Shown here in pieces: positions 53,218-56,712 of a DNA stretch of 56,712 nucleotides. Where the stretch lies: the NCBI GenBank assembly GCA_944342055.1, contig CALVME010000102.1, positions 1 to 56,712 on the forward strand. Reading direction: 5' to 3'. The notes beneath the pieces were generated by a model. That model did no database searches. It saw nothing but the letters and a program-made list of their open reading frames with translations, and was not told the origin of the DNA. Position numbers and translations under genes: made by a program. Every line of letters begins with the position of its first letter. Position 1 is the stretch's first letter. This DNA is from an uncultured Clostridia bacterium (lineage in GTDB: Bacteria; Bacillota; Clostridia; Christensenellales; Borkfalkiaceae).

Positions 53218-53687
53218 ACAAAAAGCACCATGATCAATAAACCGAATAAGACGCCTAACTTTACATAGAGAGATGAGCGTTTCTCATAATCTGTTGCCGT
53301 CTCATTCTTTTTTTGCTCCAACAGTTCCTGATAAGATCGCAGCATGACGCTCTGCGACGCCGCGTCTGATTTTCCGAGCGCGAGAAAATATTCCAACGCG
53401 GCATTTTGTTCTTCCTCCGATAAAAAACGAAGATCGATCTCCAAGGTTTTTGTTTGAAAACTTTTTTCATAGGCGGAAACAAACTCTGAAAATTCGCTTT
53501 TGTAAGTATATTTTTTCAGGAACTCTGTCAGCGGAAGTCGCAGATAGGAAAGATCGGAAAAAAATCTTTCATTGAACAGATACCACTGTTTGTAAAAATC
53601 CTTTCGCTTTTTCCATTTTCCCGAAAGATGCCAGCCCAAAAAACCGCTGCAAGCGACGAGAAGAAAGAATCCGAGGATTTTAAGCAA
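53214..53687 (-). CDS. spoIIIAB: stage III sporulation protein AB
   Basis: TTG start at 53687 behind AAGGAGAG gives MLKILGFFLLVA..., which parallels the B. subtilis SpoIIIAB N-terminus. The longer ORF-track start would overlap spoIIIAA by 38 nt. Confidence 0.7.
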   Translation of the reverse strand: MLKILGFFLLVACSGFLGWHLSGKWKKRKDFYKQWYLFNERFFSDLSYLRLPLTEFLKKYTYKSEFSEFVSAYEKSFQTKTLEIDLRFLSEEEQNAALEYFLALGKSDAASQSVMLRSYQELLEQKKNETATDYEKRSSLYVKLGVLFGLLIMVLFV

Positions 53688-54513
53688 GTCTCTCCTTTGC
53701 CGCGTCGTATACCGCAAGCACTTTGCCTATTTTTTCTCCGAGCACGATGTACCGCTCAAACAGATCCGGTATTGACTTAGGTGAATCAGCGTGGACGGAA
53801 GCCATCACTTTGATGCCTGCCGACTTTGCGCGCGCGATCGAATCGTAATCCTCCTCTGCAAGCTCGTCAGTGATCAAAACGTCAGGCCGCATAGATCTTA
53901 TGCCATACATAATAGCAGTGCGCTTGTCTATGCATGATATTATGTCAGACATAATTCCTGTATCAAAGGCGGACAACTCTCCGCGTTCATCTATGATCAA
54001 CACATTTTTTTCTCCTTTCTCTCCAAGCAGCCTGGCGGAATCTCGCAATATCGTTGTTTTTCCGAAACCGGGCGGAGACAGAATTGCCGTATTAAGCAAT
54101 TTCGGCTCAAGACAATACGGAGCAATGGCATCTGCACATCCGGGTACTTGGTGCGGGATGCGAATGCAGACAGAAGAAATGTTTCTCACATTCAGAACTT
54201 CGCCTTTTTCGCTGACGCCTTGTCCCGCTATGCCGATTCTCTCCCCTTCGGACGTCGTAATGAACCCTTTTCTTATTTGATCCGTTACCGAATAAAGCGA
54301 ATATTCCGCTGCGGAAAGGATTATGTCTTCTACTTCTTTTTGCGTGGCAATGAGCCCTTTTCCTGCCTCTCTGCCGTGTTCTCCCATTATCCTGTATTTC
54401 CCGTCATAGTTGACGGCGATCGGCTTTCCGACGCGAATGCGAAGCTCATACAGCAGATTTTCGTTGTAATTTAAAAGGGCGTTTCTGATGCGGTAAGGAA
54501 GATAAGAAAACAT
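53680..54513 (-). CDS. spoIIIAA: stage III sporulation protein AA (ATPase)
   Basis: Walker A SPPGFGKTT, Walker B LIIDE, and the typical N-terminal LP..IR..L...........LYELRIRVGKPI. Confidence 0.85.
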   Translation of the reverse strand: MFSYLPYRIRNALLNYNENLLYELRIRVGKPIAVNYDGKYRIMGEHGREAGKGLIATQKEVEDIILSAAEYSLYSVTDQIRKGFITTSEGERIGIAGQGVSEKGEVLNVRNISSVCIRIPHQVPGCADAIAPYCLEPKLLNTAILSPPGFGKTTILRDSARLLGEKGEKNVLIIDERGELSAFDTGIMSDIISCIDKRTAIMYGIRSMRPDVLITDELAEEDYDSIARAKSAGIKVMASVHADSPKSIPDLFERYIVLGEKIGKVLAVYDAAKERLA

Positions 54514-54549
54514 TTGTTATATCATATTCTCTGCCCTTTTCTTTTATGC

Positions 54550-54580
54550 AAAAAAAGTCCGACGCCTGTTTGCGTCGGAC
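54550..54580 (-). terminator. intrinsic terminator after htpG
   Basis: Minus strand: GTCCGACGC-AAACAG-GCGTCGGAC followed by T7. Confidence 0.85.
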
Positions 54581-54596
54581 AAAAGTCTGATTGTAT

Positions 54597-56414
54597 TTAT
54601 TTGACGAAGTTTTTTAAAAGCTCCAGGTTGTTTTTTGAGAATTGATCCATTTCTTCAGGGGAAAGCTTTTTGTAGGAAAGCTCCGCAAGGTAATAAATCT
54701 GATTGACGATAAGAGCTTTTTTCTCTTCATCGAGGGTAGGAATGGACCGAATCAGTTCATTCTCCAGATTGACGACGAGAGTCACATCCTGCAGACCTTC
54801 GTTCATCCCGTAGAAAGAGTTCATTTCATTCATGCGGCGAGTGAACTCCGATACGTTGATGATCGCAGGCACGTCTACGTTTTTGAAACGCTCTGCCTTG
54901 ACAGATACGTTCTGATCGATCAGCGCCTTTTTGATCAGTTCCGTCAAAGCTTTTCCCTCTTCTTCGGACGTCTCTCCGTTTTTCAATGCGCCGTCGATGT
55001 CTGCGTCAATGCGCATGAATTTGACTTTTCCCACTTCCTTGTATTCGATAAAGCTGATGAAGTGGGGGTCGATAAACGTGTCGCATACGATTGCATCCAG
55101 TCCTGCGTCTTTGAACATTTTTACATATTGCGCCTGTTGTACCACGTCGGAAGCGTAATATACGGTTTTCGGTTCTTTGCCTTTTTCGGCTTCTTCATCT
55201 GAAACTTTGTCGCCGAAAAATTCAGAAATAGGATGATAGACGCCGTCCAGATTTTTATAAATTATGATATCTTTTACTTTATTATAAAACTCTTCGTCTT
55301 TGATGCAACCGAATTTTACAAAGTTTGCGATATCTTCCCAGCACGCTTCGTACTGATTTCTGTCGGTATTGTAGAGCGAAGTCAGCTTATCAGCCACTTT
55401 TTTCACGATATGTTTCGTGATTTTCTTGACCTGACTGTCGTTTTGCAGAAAGCTTCTCGAAACGTTCAGCGGGATGTCCGGGCAGTCGATTACACCGTTG
55501 AGAAGCATAAGATATTCGGGAATGACTTCCTTGATGTTGTCGGCAATGAATACTTGATTGCAGTAAAGTTTGACTTGTCCGCGATCGAGCTCAACCTTTC
55601 TTCTCACTTTCGGGAAATAGAGAATGCCTTTCAGTCGGAACGGATAGTCCATATTCAGATGCACCCAAAAGAGTGGCTCGTTATAATCCATGAAAGTGTC
55701 GCGGTAAAAATTTTTATATTCTTCTTCCGTGCAGTCTTTGGGATTTTTCAGATAAAGCGGTTCCGTCGTATTCAGAGGTTTATCGTCCTTTCCCTTATAA
55801 TTGAGATAGATGGGGTAAGGCATGAACGAACAATATTTCCGAATCAAAGAGCGGATTTCGCTTTCCGATAAGAATTCCTTTTCCGCTTCGGCGATGTGCA
55901 TCACGATCTTTGTGCCGCGTTCGGCTCTCTCTGTTTCGGAAATGGTATAGGTGGATTCGCCGTCGCTCTCCCATTTTACTGCGGGCGAGTCCTTGTACGA
56001 TTTGGTATAAATCTCAATGTTTTCGGAGACCATATAGGCGGAATAAAAACCAAGGCCGAAATGTCCGATGATGCCGTCTCCGCCTGCCTTTTCATACTTG
56101 GCGACGAAATCAGCCGCCCCGGAAAAAGCGATTTGCGTGATGTAGGTTTCTACTTCCTCCTCCGTCATGCCCAGGCCGTTGTCTTCAACCGTCAGCGTCT
56201 TTGCTGCTTCGTCGACGGAAACTTTGACGGCGTATTCTTCGTCGGGAGCAACGGTTGCTTCGCCCATCTCGACCAGTTTTTTCATCTTGGTGATCGCGTC
56301 GATGCCGTTGGAAATGATCTCTCTCAAAAAAATGTCTTTATCGGAATACAGCCACTTTTTGATGATGGGCATCATATTCTCGCTTGCAATTTTAATGTTT
56401 CCCTGTCTTTCCAT
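54597..56414 (-). CDS. htpG: molecular chaperone HtpG (Hsp90)
   Basis: GHKL ATPase N-domain (FLREIISNGIDA, DNGLGMT, GHFGLGFYSAYMV). 605 aa. GGAGGA SD. Confidence 0.9.
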   Translation of the reverse strand: MERQGNIKIASENMMPIIKKWLYSDKDIFLREIISNGIDAITKMKKLVEMGEATVAPDEEYAVKVSVDEAAKTLTVEDNGLGMTEEEVETYITQIAFSGAADFVAKYEKAGGDGIIGHFGLGFYSAYMVSENIEIYTKSYKDSPAVKWESDGESTYTISETERAERGTKIVMHIAEAEKEFLSESEIRSLIRKYCSFMPYPIYLNYKGKDDKPLNTTEPLYLKNPKDCTEEEYKNFYRDTFMDYNEPLFWVHLNMDYPFRLKGILYFPKVRRKVELDRGQVKLYCNQVFIADNIKEVIPEYLMLLNGVIDCPDIPLNVSRSFLQNDSQVKKITKHIVKKVADKLTSLYNTDRNQYEACWEDIANFVKFGCIKDEEFYNKVKDIIIYKNLDGVYHPISEFFGDKVSDEEAEKGKEPKTVYYASDVVQQAQYVKMFKDAGLDAIVCDTFIDPHFISFIEYKEVGKVKFMRIDADIDGALKNGETSEEEGKALTELIKKALIDQNVSVKAERFKNVDVPAIINVSEFTRRMNEMNSFYGMNEGLQDVTLVVNLENELIRSIPTLDEEKKALIVNQIYYLAELSYKKLSPEEMDQFSKNNLELLKNFVK

Positions 56415-56522
56415 AGTTTGGATTCCTCCACATGATTATCATACTATAGATAACCCTTTTTTCCCCTTTTCAAACAATCAGAAAGTTTAAAAACGATAAA
56501 ATACAAAGCGGGCGTTCAGGCT

Positions 56523-56712
56523 TCATTTTGTTTTATGCGGTGAAATTTTTACTGCCTCTTCGGAAGCGGGTTTTAGACTGATCCGATCCATTGTAAAGCC
56601 CCTTCCCCGCACTTCGGAAACGGAACTGATCGTGATGAAGGCTTCTTCGTCAATTTTTTGCACCAATTCTTTCAGCTTAACGAGTTCACGGGGTGCAATG
56701 ATCGTCATGATA
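56523..56712 (-). CDS. YitT-family membrane protein, C-terminal DUF2179 domain (partial; the gene continues past the window end)
   Basis: The frame is open to the window edge. ...ELVKLKELVQKIDEEAFITISSVSEVRGRGF is the typical DUF2179 C-terminus. Confidence 0.6.
   Translation of the reverse strand, partial: IMTIIAPRELVKLKELVQKIDEEAFITISSVSEVRGRGFTMDRISLKPASEEAVKISPHKTK

Overview
This is a 56.7-kb chromosomal segment from a spore-forming Firmicute. It looks Clostridia-like: roughly 50% GC by eye, AGGAGG-type Shine-Dalgarno sites, and spoIIIA, spoIVB and ytfJ present. It is densely coding and essentially core genome.

Left half, mostly + strand: lysA-like decarboxylase, panE-like reductase, and adenine deaminase coupled to two unknown membrane/LRR genes. 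Then come a GNAT, lemA-DUF2207 (minus strand), and a complete phosphate block. That block is pstS, a fused pstC-pstA, pstB, phoU, a response regulator and a histidine kinase, preceded by PhoP-box-like repeats. It is followed by the glycogen operon glgBCDAP, a long Xer-like tyrosine recombinase, hflX and lexA.

Right half, all - strand: rluB, ytfI/ytfJ, scpAB, M50 protease, DUF378, acyltransferase plus GT4. Then a UvrD-like helicase with an embedded DnaQ-type exonuclease, a D-Ala-D-Ala carboxypeptidase, a SpoIIM-like membrane protein and spoIVB. Then a thioredoxin-reductase-like flavoprotein without NADPH motifs, followed by recN-argR-nadK-tlyA-dxs-ispA-folD-nusB. Last come asp23, spoIIIAA-AH, htpG and a partial yitT-like gene.

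I saw no rRNA, tRNA, CRISPR array, IS element or prophage, and no obvious defence island.

The most noteworthy observations are:
- the helicase-exonuclease-zinc-ribbon fusion;
- a 55-aa eight-cysteine gene divergent from lexA that shares a LexA-box-like dyad;
- a recurring promoter-abuts-ATG (leaderless) architecture at several genes;
- a lysine/threonine-rich N-terminal extension on GlgA with two equally good start sites;
- a fused PstCA permease;
- a very short SpoIIIAG;
- a clean convergent strand switch at about 28.85 kb.

All calls come from reading motifs by eye; no database search was run. Many ORF-track starts were trimmed, because the track also opens ORFs at TTG/GTG.
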